Shown: positions 40,501 to 48,932 of the stretch, one piece after another | Position numbering within the stretch: position 1 is the first letter of the stretch | Layout: each line of letters begins with the position of its first letter | Assembly (NCBI GenBank): GCA_044225505.1 | Contig: JBGAIN010000020.1 | Span: 1-64,000, forward strand | From: Limisphaerales bacterium | GTDB taxonomy: Bacteria > Verrucomicrobiota > Verrucomicrobiia > Limisphaerales > SIBE01 | Reading direction: 5' to 3' | DNA: 64,000 bases | Made by a program: the position numbers and the translations under genes | The notes under the pieces: model-generated | The model's input: the letters and a program-made list of their open reading frames with translations, nothing else | Databases searched by the model: none | Told to the model about the DNA's origin: nothing

Positions 40501-41228
40501 ATCCTGCCGCTGCACTTCCAGAATCGCCGCAACCGTTTGCCGAGCTGGAAGCGCGATTCCGATCCAACCCAGCGAACTCCCAACTGGGTTTGGAATTGGC
40601 GCAGGCCTATCGCCAAGCCCAGCGGACGGACGCCGCGAACCAAGTGCTGGACTTTGTTGGTGCCAATCCGCAGGCGGACGTTGGGACTCTGCTTTCTGTG
40701 GCCCAGTCCTACGCAGAAATGGGAAACCGGCCGAAGCTGGAGTCCATGTTAACCAAACTGAAGAACATGGAGGCGCCCTTGACGCAGCAGTTCCGCACGA
40801 ACACGAACAACATCGCGGTCGCCTTTCAGCTAATTTCCGTTTATATGATCGCGCAGCAGACGAACGCTGCCATGAAGCTGCTCGACGAACTCGTCGAGAG
40901 ACCGAACGCGGACGCAAGCACTCTTCTATCCGCCGCTCAGGCTTATGCACAAATGTTGGCGGCGCCCAAGTTAGAGGGAGCGTTGCAGAAACTGACTGTG
41001 GCTGTGCCGGACAGTCCGGAAGCGTGGTACGACCTCGCGACGGTTCAGGCGACCGTGGGAAAGGCTCCCAGTGCCCTACAGTCGCTCCGAAAAGCGTTAC
41101 AACTCAATGAGCGTAGATTAACCAGCGTCCCTGGGGCGAAGGACCTGCGCAGTGTTGCTGCTGGAGAGACACGCTTTGCGCAACTGCGGCAGTTGCCGGA
41201 GTTTCAGCAGTTGGTTAAGACGAATTAG
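37581..41228 (+). CDS. DUF2723 / TMEM260-like GT-C glycosyltransferase (protein O-mannosyltransferase-like) with C-terminal TPR repeats
   Basis: LEDSGEL...GVPHPPGYP, WSQAVIVEVY, NHQT and PPMNWG motifs; many TM helices; TPR-like C-terminus. Confidence 0.88.
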   Translation: MSIDKSKQGSFKVSPAPNPGPTPVLFRRVDWITFAATTLLVFIGYYFSLAPDLGLEDSGELAVGSFYAGVPHPPGYPVWTLYTWLFAQIPFSNVAWRVALSSAVAGALACGLLALMVSRGSSLLLEGMADFKGLERRLEEAICLVSGFVAGALLGFNGIAWSQAVIVEVYTFSVLSYMAVLVCLFRWIYAPEQRKYLYWTFFWFGICFTNHQTLIVAAIGLEVAVLAAYPKLGRDMFIGNSLVYLVGLAAKATGMLTAFDQNGPLFLVYNLVGIGSIAVAGYMLSTVGPPRVELKKGVIPWSREWTPVAICLGLWVLGAAFYFYMPLASMTNPPMNWGYPRTKEGFVHALTRGQYDKTNPTDSVFKLFSQIAMYHEVAIDEFSLVYLLIGIVPFLFWGRMQKRERAWLIGLISMYLLLSFLLLILLNPSVDKQSRDQTRVFFIPAHIVLALLIGYGVTLISGVAAVTYPRDRSWLLWGGTVLTALQLYLTLRTFENTLFPLLRAAEVVCLTTTACFTLIVVVFRTKAPVWVLIALFAIAPVRSALSNWSDAEQRGHLFGYWFGHDMFTPPFGIYPEMTRNAILFGGTDPGRFCPTYMIFCESFIPPRCKPLDPKFDRRDVYIITQNALADHTYLNYIRAHYNRSTEVDPYFFSELFRSEKAVQEARTNLISSLLLPFDRLFTGIGARIEQRRRANGVYPPQEIHTPSPEESQIAFQEYIVDAQRRLQLNQLKPGEDVKIVDQRVQVAGQTAVMAINGLLTKVIFDQNPTNEFFVEESFPLDWMFPYLTPFGIIMKINRQQVPAITEEMMQKDHQFWSAYSDRLIGNWITYDTPLKDICAFAERVYLRRDFTGFKGDPKFVRDGVAQKSFSKLRSAIGGLYAWRLSQECPAELRPKSAAEQQRILKETEFALRQAFAYCPYSPEAVYKLMNMLMGSGRLDEAIMVTETSLKFDPSNSVFQNLVMQLRSMRPGQGHPAAALPESPQPFAELEARFRSNPANSQLGLELAQAYRQAQRTDAANQVLDFVGANPQADVGTLLSVAQSYAEMGNRPKLESMLTKLKNMEAPLTQQFRTNTNNIAVAFQLISVYMIAQQTNAAMKLLDELVERPNADASTLLSAAQAYAQMLAAPKLEGALQKLTVAVPDSPEAWYDLATVQATVGKAPSALQSLRKALQLNERRLTSVPGAKDLRSVAAGETRFAQLRQLPEFQQLVKTN

Positions 41229-42633
41229 CCTTGAGAACGTCGTCGCGGACGTATTGGACGCCTGGTTCAGCTAAAAGCTGCTTTGTTTTGGAGCCTGAGC
41301 CGTCCTCCTGGATGGCGGTCGTAAAGCTATCGCCAAAATACAATCTCTCGTTGCAGAGCCGCAGTTGCCCATTGATACGTTCGTAAAGTTGGGCTGTCGG
41401 CCGATCTACAAGGACAGTGAACTGCCGCCTCTGCAACGTAACGAGTCTTACCTCAGGGATTCGACCGACGCGTTTCACAAAAAACTCTTGAGATTTATGC
41501 GGGCGGTTTCGCACTCGACGGTAGAGGGCGAGCCCTGCAAACGCCAAAAACACAACGCCACCGGTACCGATCCGCGAAAACGAGACGTATAAGGCGCTGC
41601 CCGCCGCGGCCAAACCCAGGCCCAACCAAAGATATTGGGATCTGGGCAAATTCCGAAGCCGTTCCCAAGCGTCGCTCACACGAAGACGCCAGTCCGTTTT
41701 GGTTGACAGCCCTGCTTCGGTGTTGCGCCGCAGGTCGCGGAGGTCTCGAGCCAGCAGTCGCGCATTTGGATAGCGTTCTTCGGGTCTTTTCCGGAGGCAG
41801 CGCGATACGATGCGTTGCAATTCGTCAGGGAGTCCTCCGCGTATCGATGAGAGAGCTGGTGGCTGCTCAAATGCAATGGCATGGAGGCTGTCCATGAAGT
41901 TCTCGCGCTGAAACGGGGACTGACCACAGGCCATTTCAAACAGCAAGACGCCGAGAGAGAAGATGTCCGATCGACCGTCGACAGCGATCCCGCGAACTTG
42001 CTCCGGACTCATGTAAGCGGCTGTTCCCATGACGACTCCTGGCAGTGTCGTCTGCCCTTGCGTAGCACTTGCGGCTAGACTGGAATCGACGGTGAGGCCT
42101 GGGCTTGAGTCGAGGAGCTTAGCCAGGCCAAAGTCCAGGATCTTGACGTGACCGTCGCCGGTCACCATCAGATTGGCTGGTTTAATGTCCCGATGAACGA
42201 TCCCCAAGTCGTGAGCTTTCGCCAGACCTTCAGCTGCTTGAATTACAACATCCACGACGCCAAGCAGATCTATGCTTCCTGCCTGGATTAAATCTCGGAT
42301 CGTCTTTCCTTCCACCAGTTCCATGACAATGAACGTGACGCCCTCCTGTTCGTCGGCGAAAAAGATCTGGGCAACTGCAGGATGGCTGATTCGCGCGGCG
42401 GCACGGGCCTCCTGCAAAAATCGTTGTTTGCGGTCGGCATCGGCCGTTAGCGCCGACGGCAGCACTTTGAGCGCTACCGGTCTGCAGAGTTGCGTATCCT
42501 GGGCTCGATAGACAATCCCCATTCCACCTTCGCCCAGGACACTCTCAAGTTGGAAATGCCGGAGCAATTGCCCGGTGGAGAGCGGAGAGAGAAACAACTT
42601 GGTTTCTACCTTACTGTCGGAGTCTGATGACAT
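41215..42633 (-). CDS. Hanks-type Ser/Thr protein kinase with membrane hairpin and small C-terminal domain
   Basis: LGEGGMGIVY, VALK, HRDIKPAN, DFG, YMSPEQ and DIFSLG. Confidence 0.93.
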   Translation of the reverse strand: MSSDSDSKVETKLFLSPLSTGQLLRHFQLESVLGEGGMGIVYRAQDTQLCRPVALKVLPSALTADADRKQRFLQEARAAARISHPAVAQIFFADEQEGVTFIVMELVEGKTIRDLIQAGSIDLLGVVDVVIQAAEGLAKAHDLGIVHRDIKPANLMVTGDGHVKILDFGLAKLLDSSPGLTVDSSLAASATQGQTTLPGVVMGTAAYMSPEQVRGIAVDGRSDIFSLGVLLFEMACGQSPFQRENFMDSLHAIAFEQPPALSSIRGGLPDELQRIVSRCLRKRPEERYPNARLLARDLRDLRRNTEAGLSTKTDWRLRVSDAWERLRNLPRSQYLWLGLGLAAAGSALYVSFSRIGTGGVVFLAFAGLALYRRVRNRPHKSQEFFVKRVGRIPEVRLVTLQRRQFTVLVDRPTAQLYERINGQLRLCNERLYFGDSFTTAIQEDGSGSKTKQLLAEPGVQYVRDDVLKANSS

Positions 42634-42642
42634 AGCATCCGA

Positions 42643-43134
42643 TCATACAGGTGGCGCAAACAAGGGTTTCAGATCGGGATCTTCGGAAGCCAAGCGATTG
42701 ATTTCGAGCGGATCTCCAAGTTCGATCGATCGAGTGAACCATTCGCGAGCGTCTTCCAGATGGCCGAGTTGACACGCGTAACAAGCGAGATTGTAGCAGA
42801 GCAGCCATTCCCCGGGAAACTTGGCCGCCATCGGAAACAGGGTGTCCCACGCTTCTTGTGTGCGCTTCATCTCGTGAAGACAGTAAGAGCGATGAATCCA
42901 GCCAAAGGCATTTTGAGGCGCCCGTTCGCAAATACACTCGGCGACGGAAAGCGCCAAGTCCCAGTGCTTCTGTTTGACCGCGATCTGCCACTTTACCTCG
43001 AGGACGTCAGGGTGTTTGAGGCCAAGAGGAGTGATACGCTCAAGCTCGGCGCACGCCTCAACACAGTTTCCCAGCTCAAGCCATCCCTGAGCTGCACTCA
43101 AATAGATGGTGTCTGGATGCTCGAGAGACTGCAT
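42643..43134 (-). CDS. Tetratricopeptide repeat protein
   Basis: AQGWLELG...YNLACYACQLG...DPDL pattern. Confidence 0.85.
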   Translation of the reverse strand: MQSLEHPDTIYLSAAQGWLELGNCVEACAELERITPLGLKHPDVLEVKWQIAVKQKHWDLALSVAECICERAPQNAFGWIHRSYCLHEMKRTQEAWDTLFPMAAKFPGEWLLCYNLACYACQLGHLEDAREWFTRSIELGDPLEINRLASEDPDLKPLFAPPV

Positions 43135-43202
43135 GTTATCTCAAAAGATAGGGGAACACGACTCTCCTGGGTTTGCAAATGTAAACCGACGCGTCCTGGA
43201 AC

Positions 43203-43898
43203 TCAAAGGCGCGGGCCTCCTGAATCTATCCCGAGTGTCCCTCTGCTATCCGCAGTTTTGACGAAGTTCGTGACTCGCAAGTAGATGGGGTCGAGCTTGG
43301 CCATTTCGGTCCGGTATGTTCCTAGCTGAACGAGTTGACCTGCAGCCGATGCGTCCGGGATTAAGATCTTTCCTGTGGCCGCCCAGCGATTGATTTCGGG
43401 GCCCATCAGAGTCGCCTCGGGAAACATCGTCGCTTCCGCGAGTTCACTGACGCTGACGAGTCGCAGCGGCTCAACGAGTTCGCGCTGGTCCTTGGAAATC
43501 CGATACGTCGCCGAATAAACTTCCTGGCGTTGGGCGTCGATAGCGATGCGGCAGTCCCCGTACCATCCTAGTTGCTGCGCTTGAAAAGCGAGGCACTCGA
43601 CCGTGCTAATGCCGCTCAGCCGCACCGCTCGCGCTAGCTGCCACCCTTGGGCTAGAGCTACGGACGATCGAATCCCAGTATACGAGCCTGGTCCCAGTCC
43701 GACGACGATCTCCTCAATGTCTCTTGGGCGGAGCTTGAGTTGGGTGAATAGCTTCTCAACCAGCGAGAGGCCGGGAACCGATCGCGAGCCTCCGTCCGAA
43801 AGGCTGCCGAGTGGCTCAGCACTCGACGCCTGGGACTCAGCGCGCAGCACCGCCACACTGCGCACAGCTGACGAGAATTCAATAGCCAGGAGGATCAT
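43203..43898 (-). CDS. tsaB: tRNA threonylcarbamoyladenosine biosynthesis protein TsaB
   Basis: LAIEFS, GLGPGSYTGIR, IDAQRQEVY and PIYLR. Confidence 0.93.
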   Translation of the reverse strand: MILLAIEFSSAVRSVAVLRAESQASSAEPLGSLSDGGSRSVPGLSLVEKLFTQLKLRPRDIEEIVVGLGPGSYTGIRSSVALAQGWQLARAVRLSGISTVECLAFQAQQLGWYGDCRIAIDAQRQEVYSATYRISKDQRELVEPLRLVSVSELAEATMFPEATLMGPEINRWAATGKILIPDASAAGQLVQLGTYRTEMAKLDPIYLRVTNFVKTADSRGTLGIDSGGPRL

Positions 43899-44304
43899 AA
43901 GAAATTCTCCGTTCGGTCTCGCTCACGGTCTCCAGCACATAACGATGAATCCGAGGCGGTTCATGGCCTTGCCAACGGTCCCACCATTCAACAATTGTAA
44001 CACCAGGCGGATCGAAATACTCTGTCAACCCAGCGGCGACGATCTGTTCTGTCGTTGCCAACCGATACAAATCGATATGGCAAAGAGGAAGGCGACCGTT
44101 TTCATAGAAGTGCACTAGGGAAAATGTGGGAGATAGCACCGGTTCGACGACGCCTAATCCGTGGGCAAAACCCTTCACGAACTGAGTTTTTCCAGCTCCT
44201 AGGTCACCGATGAGACCGAGGACGACGCCGCGCGGAACCGATGCCGCGAGGGATGCGGCAAACGTGAAAGTTTCGTTGGCGCTATGTGAAATGAACGTAG
44301 CCAT
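43879..44304 (-). CDS. tsaE: tRNA threonylcarbamoyladenosine biosynthesis ATPase TsaE
   Basis: GDLGAGKT, SPTF, HIDLYRL and VEW. Confidence 0.95.
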   Translation of the reverse strand: MATFISHSANETFTFAASLAASVPRGVVLGLIGDLGAGKTQFVKGFAHGLGVVEPVLSPTFSLVHFYENGRLPLCHIDLYRLATTEQIVAAGLTEYFDPPGVTIVEWWDRWQGHEPPRIHRYVLETVSETERRISYDPPGY

Positions 44305-45220
44305 GGTCCGATAAAGGGCGGATCCCGTCTTTGGTGCGGAGCCGGAGACCGGGTGCTTCCGTGATGCGACCGATACAACTCAAGCGTGTCTCCGGAAACA
44401 CGCTTTTCCATTGATCGAGCACCGTAACAGCGTTCGTGCTTGGCAGCGTAAACAAGAGCTCAAAATCTTCGCCATCGGTAATGGCTGCGACAAGAGGGGA
44501 CTTCTGGGTTCCCGGTAATTTACTCAAGTCCCGTGCTGACCGGCTGATAGGTATGGCACTAGCCAGGAGTTCCGCACCGACATTGGAGGCGTTTAGCAAG
44601 TGTCGAATATCGCCGGCCAACCCATCGCTCAGGTCCAACATCGCGTGGACCGGAAAGCGCTCCGCCAACCATTTGGCCTCGACGAGGCGTGGCTCGAATT
44701 CCAAGTGCCTCCCGGCTAATGATCCGCCTAAAGTTCCGGTCACAAAGATCGCGTCGCCCGCTTGGCTTCCAGAGCGCAAGATGCAGCGTTCTTTCGCGAC
44801 TTCGCCGATAACGGCGACGGAGAGGATCATTCTTTCCGGATTCCGCACCGTTTCGCCACCAACGATTGCGACCCCGAACCGGCGTGCAAGCGCGCCCATC
44901 CCGTCATAAATTCGCTCAATTCGGACGGGTTCGAAATCGGGGGGCAAGGCGAGGGTCACGACTGCATGTAACGGCGTACCAGCCATTGCGGCAAAATCGC
45001 TCAGGCACCGGCCCAATGCCTTGTGTCCGATCTGCTCGGGAGCAGCCTCTTTCGTGAAGTGGATCCCTTCGACAATGGCATCGGTTTTAAAGAGAAGCCA
45101 CTGGCCACGGTCAGGAGTTTGCACAACGGCGCAGTCGTCGCCTGGGCCGACGATCACTTGATCATTTCCCGGGACCGTTAGAGTGAGACGGCGGATCAAG
45201 TCGAACTCGTTCATTGCCAT
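44282..45220 (-). CDS. thiL: Thiamine-monophosphate kinase
   Basis: EFDLI, GPGDDCA, EGIHF, LSDFAAM, DLSDGL, GEDFEL and GYVHF. Confidence 0.95.
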   Translation of the reverse strand: MAMNEFDLIRRLTLTVPGNDQVIVGPGDDCAVVQTPDRGQWLLFKTDAIVEGIHFTKEAAPEQIGHKALGRCLSDFAAMAGTPLHAVVTLALPPDFEPVRIERIYDGMGALARRFGVAIVGGETVRNPERMILSVAVIGEVAKERCILRSGSQAGDAIFVTGTLGGSLAGRHLEFEPRLVEAKWLAERFPVHAMLDLSDGLAGDIRHLLNASNVGAELLASAIPISRSARDLSKLPGTQKSPLVAAITDGEDFELLFTLPSTNAVTVLDQWKSVFPETRLSCIGRITEAPGLRLRTKDGIRPLSDHGYVHFT

Positions 45221-45945
45221 GAGAGTGTCGACGTGACCGGTTGCGCCACGACCCAGAAAAAGTTGACGAAGTTGAACAGGCTATGAGCGAAGATCGGCGC
45301 GAGGAGATTGTCCGTCGCTTCGTAGAGCAGTGTCAGAACGACCGCCAGAAAGGTCAGCGGCAGCAGGATCATCAGGTTATTGTGGATTGCGGCGAACAAC
45401 AATGATGTCCCCCAGAGGGCGAGTTGAGGGAATCCATGCTGCTTGAGCGTTGGATAGATGATTCCGCGAAAGATTACCTCCTCAGCGACTGGGGCAATGA
45501 CAATCGCAAGGAACCCGATGAGGAGTTTCGTTTGGATCGTCGTTACGCCCTGCAACATTTGAACGGGCCCTTGGACCACTGGTTCAAAATGAAAGGTCGT
45601 CATGACTTTCGCAGAGAGCTGACCGAGAGACCAGGCGATGGGAAGAACAGCGATACCAACCAAAAGTGCTAGCCCCAATGTCCGGCCCGGGCGGGGAGCG
45701 AAAAGGCCAAATGCATCCTCCCATCGGATCGCTTGTTCGCGAAGAAAGAGATGGGTTAAGACCAGTGCGATCCCATGAAAACTGAGGGTTCCCACGGCCA
45801 AGGTAAGAACCTTGACCACATCCCCGTGAAGGTAACTCGTGGAATTGACCCAACTGATCAAGATCATTCCGACGAACATGCTGCCGAACAGGCGAACCAA
45901 GAGCTGGAGCACATGCTCTGGCCGCCATGGTTTGTCGGAAATCAT
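45211..45945 (-). CDS. CPBP family intramembrane glutamic endopeptidase (CAAX/Abi)
   Basis: PVAEEVIFRG, LFAAIH and AHSLFN. Confidence 0.92.
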   Translation of the reverse strand: MISDKPWRPEHVLQLLVRLFGSMFVGMILISWVNSTSYLHGDVVKVLTLAVGTLSFHGIALVLTHLFLREQAIRWEDAFGLFAPRPGRTLGLALLVGIAVLPIAWSLGQLSAKVMTTFHFEPVVQGPVQMLQGVTTIQTKLLIGFLAIVIAPVAEEVIFRGIIYPTLKQHGFPQLALWGTSLLFAAIHNNLMILLPLTFLAVVLTLLYEATDNLLAPIFAHSLFNFVNFFWVVAQPVTSTLSWQ

Positions 45946-46186
45946 CTCAGAAAACTTAGCTCAAGGGCCGCCAGACTGACGATGGAAAAGTGCGCTCGAC
46001 TGATGCGGCCCGACTTTCTCGATGTAGCCTGACTTGCGGGACTTGCCGCGGGGCCTTGCGCAAGTATGGTTAGCGGTGTTTAGTATTCCAGAATCCGGAC
46101 AGTTCCTCGCCCTGGTGTTTGTTCTCCTGGGGGGCGCTCTTGATCCCGAAAGCGGCAATGCTCAGTTTGCTAAATCTCATTCTACG

Positions 46187-48253
46187 ATGACCACGGTCTC
46201 CAAGCCCAATAGTCTCCATACCAATCGACTGGCCCAAGAGAAATCGCCCTACCTTCTCCAGCACCAACACAATCCGGTAGAGTGGTTTGGTTGGGGAGAC
46301 GCTGCTTTTGCCAAAGCCAGCGCAGAGAATAAACCGATTTTCCTCAGCATCGGGTATTCGACCTGTCACTGGTGCCACGTTATGGAACGCGAATCGTTTG
46401 AAGACCAGAAAACCGCGGACATCCTGAATGCGCACTTTGTGAGCATCAAAGTTGATCGGGAAGAGCGTCCGGACGTCGACAAAATCTACATGACGTTTGT
46501 CCAAGCGATGTCCGGGCAGGGAGGGTGGCCGCTGAATGTCTTTCTTACTCCAGATCGAAAGCCTTTTTACGGCGGGACCTACTTCCCGCCGGACGATCGT
46601 TACGGTCGGCCTAGCTTCGGCAAGGTTCTGCAGAACATTGCTGATCTCTGGCAGAATCGTCGTGAGGACGTTGTGCGCTCGTCGCAACAGTTGCACGAAC
46701 AGATGATCGAAGCGACGCGGCCAACGATTCTACAAGACGCCGTATTGAAATCGGAGTTGTTGGAACAGGCCGCACGGCAATTCAAGGCTGAATTTGATCC
46801 GCGCCATGCCGGCTTTGGAGGGGCGCCGAAATTCCCGCGGCCAAGTCAGCCCGCTTTCCTCCTGAACTACGGGGTCCAGTTCAAAGACCAGGAAGCGGTT
46901 GAGATGGTTCTGCGGACTTGCCGAGCGATGGCCGCGGGAGGGATGTATGATCAAGTGGGTGGTGGGTTTCATAGGTATTCTGTTGATGCCCAGTGGCTTG
47001 TTCCTCACTTCGAGAAAATGCTCTATGACAATGCCCAGCTAGTAAATCTTTACTTGGACGCTTACCGCGTCAGCGGTGATTCCAAGCATGCCGACGTTGT
47101 CCGTGAAATCCTCCGTTATGTGCTTCGAGATATGACTCATCCGGAAGGCGGGTTCTATTCGGCCGAAGATGCGGATAGCGAAGGGAAAGAAGGGAAATTC
47201 TATTGCTGGACTCGTGCGGAGGCTCAAGCGGCACTTTCCCAGGAGGAATTCAAACTCGCAGAGCGCGTTTTTGGGATTTCGAAGCAAGGCAATTTTGTGG
47301 ATCATAGTGATCCTGACCCGTTACCGGATCAGAATGTATTGAGTTTGGTCGATTCTGAGATTCCAACGGGTGATCGCGCGCTGTTCGACTCGGCCAAAGC
47401 CAAACTCTTGCGGGCGCGTGGGCAGCGCGTGCGCCCCCATCTTGACGATAAAATCTTAGCCTCTTGGAATGGCCTGATGTTAAGCGCTTTTGCCCGCGCT
47501 TATGGAGTTCTGGGGGATGGTCTTTATCTGGAGACCGCGGAAAAGAGCCTGGCCTTTCTGCGGGCAAAGCTCTGGGATAGTTCGACTCGGACACTATATC
47601 ATCGTTGGCGGGATGGTGAGCGAGACACGGTGCAGTTGTTGGATGCCTATGCCCATTTGCTGGCGGGCGTGATCGATCTTTATGAAGCGACGTTGTCACC
47701 CGAGCACCTGCAGTTTGCTGTAGAGCTGAGCGAGTCGATGCTAGCAAAGTTTTACGACTCGGAGCACGGCGGTTTTTGGCAGAGCGCGTTGGGTGCGTCG
47801 GACCTGGTTCTCCGGATTAAAGACGAGTATGACGGAGCAGAGCCGTCCGGGAACTCCGTGGCGGTGCTCGCCCTCTTGAAGCTGGCCTCTATCACTGAGC
47901 GTCAAGAGTTTCGGGCGGCCGCGGAAAAGACGCTACGGCTCTTTTCAGACCGGCTCAGTCGGTTGCCGCAAGCTGTTCCGCATTTGCTTTTGGGGTTGGG
48001 GTATTGGCTCGAGGAGCCCAGGCGTGTTGTGGTTGCTGGAGATCGGACTCTGGCCTTGACCCGGCAGTTAATTCACGCGGCGCACGCAGTCTACCAACCC
48101 AATAAAGTTGTCTTGGGCACCGACGGCGGGGTGGAGCCATTTGCCAAGACGTTGGCTGCGAAAGGCGAACAACCTGTCGCCTATGTCTGCACGGGGCGAG
48201 CGTGCCAAGCACCCACGAGAGACGTTTCCAAGATTCAGCAAGCGCTGAAATAG
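46187..48253 (+). CDS. Thioredoxin-domain protein, YyaL/SSP411 (DUF255) family
   Basis: [33 protein letters not shown] and [12 protein letters not shown]. Confidence 0.93.
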   Translation: MTTVSKPNSLHTNRLAQEKSPYLLQHQHNPVEWFGWGDAAFAKASAENKPIFLSIGYSTCHWCHVMERESFEDQKTADILNAHFVSIKVDREERPDVDKIYMTFVQAMSGQGGWPLNVFLTPDRKPFYGGTYFPPDDRYGRPSFGKVLQNIADLWQNRREDVVRSSQQLHEQMIEATRPTILQDAVLKSELLEQAARQFKAEFDPRHAGFGGAPKFPRPSQPAFLLNYGVQFKDQEAVEMVLRTCRAMAAGGMYDQVGGGFHRYSVDAQWLVPHFEKMLYDNAQLVNLYLDAYRVSGDSKHADVVREILRYVLRDMTHPEGGFYSAEDADSEGKEGKFYCWTRAEAQAALSQEEFKLAERVFGISKQGNFVDHSDPDPLPDQNVLSLVDSEIPTGDRALFDSAKAKLLRARGQRVRPHLDDKILASWNGLMLSAFARAYGVLGDGLYLETAEKSLAFLRAKLWDSSTRTLYHRWRDGERDTVQLLDAYAHLLAGVIDLYEATLSPEHLQFAVELSESMLAKFYDSEHGGFWQSALGASDLVLRIKDEYDGAEPSGNSVAVLALLKLASITERQEFRAAAEKTLRLFSDRLSRLPQAVPHLLLGLGYWLEEPRRVVVAGDRTLALTRQLIHAAHAVYQPNKVVLGTDGGVEPFAKTLAAKGEQPVAYVCTGRACQAPTRDVSKIQQALK

Positions 48254-48417
48254 GCGGCTGTGGGGAAGCTCGACGCGTTGCGCTTTGTTTCGGTGAGGAA
48301 GGGCTTCCCTACCTCCGGGCACGACGAGTGGGCCATCCCGCTAAATCTTGCATTGCTTCGAGGTGGGGCTTGACGGAATTGCTCCACGACTCGACACTGG
48401 GCGGCCAGTCGACTCCT

Positions 48418-48867
48418 ATGGAATACAACGATGTCAGGCAACAGTTTGTGGCCTGTCCTGCTTTCGGTGGCTTGGACGAGCCTTCACGCGCGCTTTTGTT
48501 CTTAAAAGGAAAAGAGCGGCCGGTGGCAAATGGAGAGGTTATTTACGCTGAAGGTGATACGCTCGATAACGGCTTTTACCTTGTTCTATCGGGCACCTTA
48601 ACCGTAGAGAAGAACGACAAGGAAGTCGCGACCCTGACGGAAGGCCAGATCTTTGGCGAAATGGCGTTCGTTGAAACGCACGGGATACGTTCCGCCACGG
48701 TGCGTGCCACATCGAACACCGGTTCTTTGCTGAGGTTTGAGATCACGCCAGCGGAGTTGTCAGGTCCGCCCTTCCGTCCTCTACGTTCCTATTTCAAGTC
48801 AGAAGCTTGGCAGCGATTTGTGAGCAACGCGCAAGCGACAGCAGACGGGGACAGTGAGGGACGCTGA
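48418..48867 (+). CDS. Stand-alone cyclic nucleotide-binding domain protein
   Basis: IYAEGD...FYLVLSG...FGEMAF...RSATVRA phosphate-binding cassette; no HTH follows. Confidence 0.88.
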   Translation: MEYNDVRQQFVACPAFGGLDEPSRALLFLKGKERPVANGEVIYAEGDTLDNGFYLVLSGTLTVEKNDKEVATLTEGQIFGEMAFVETHGIRSATVRATSNTGSLLRFEITPAELSGPPFRPLRSYFKSEAWQRFVSNAQATADGDSEGR

Positions 48868-48932
48868 AAGACGGGGTCCGTTTGATCGTTTCGCCGGGCG
48901 TTCGCGTCATCGCGAGCGATGATACATCTTCT

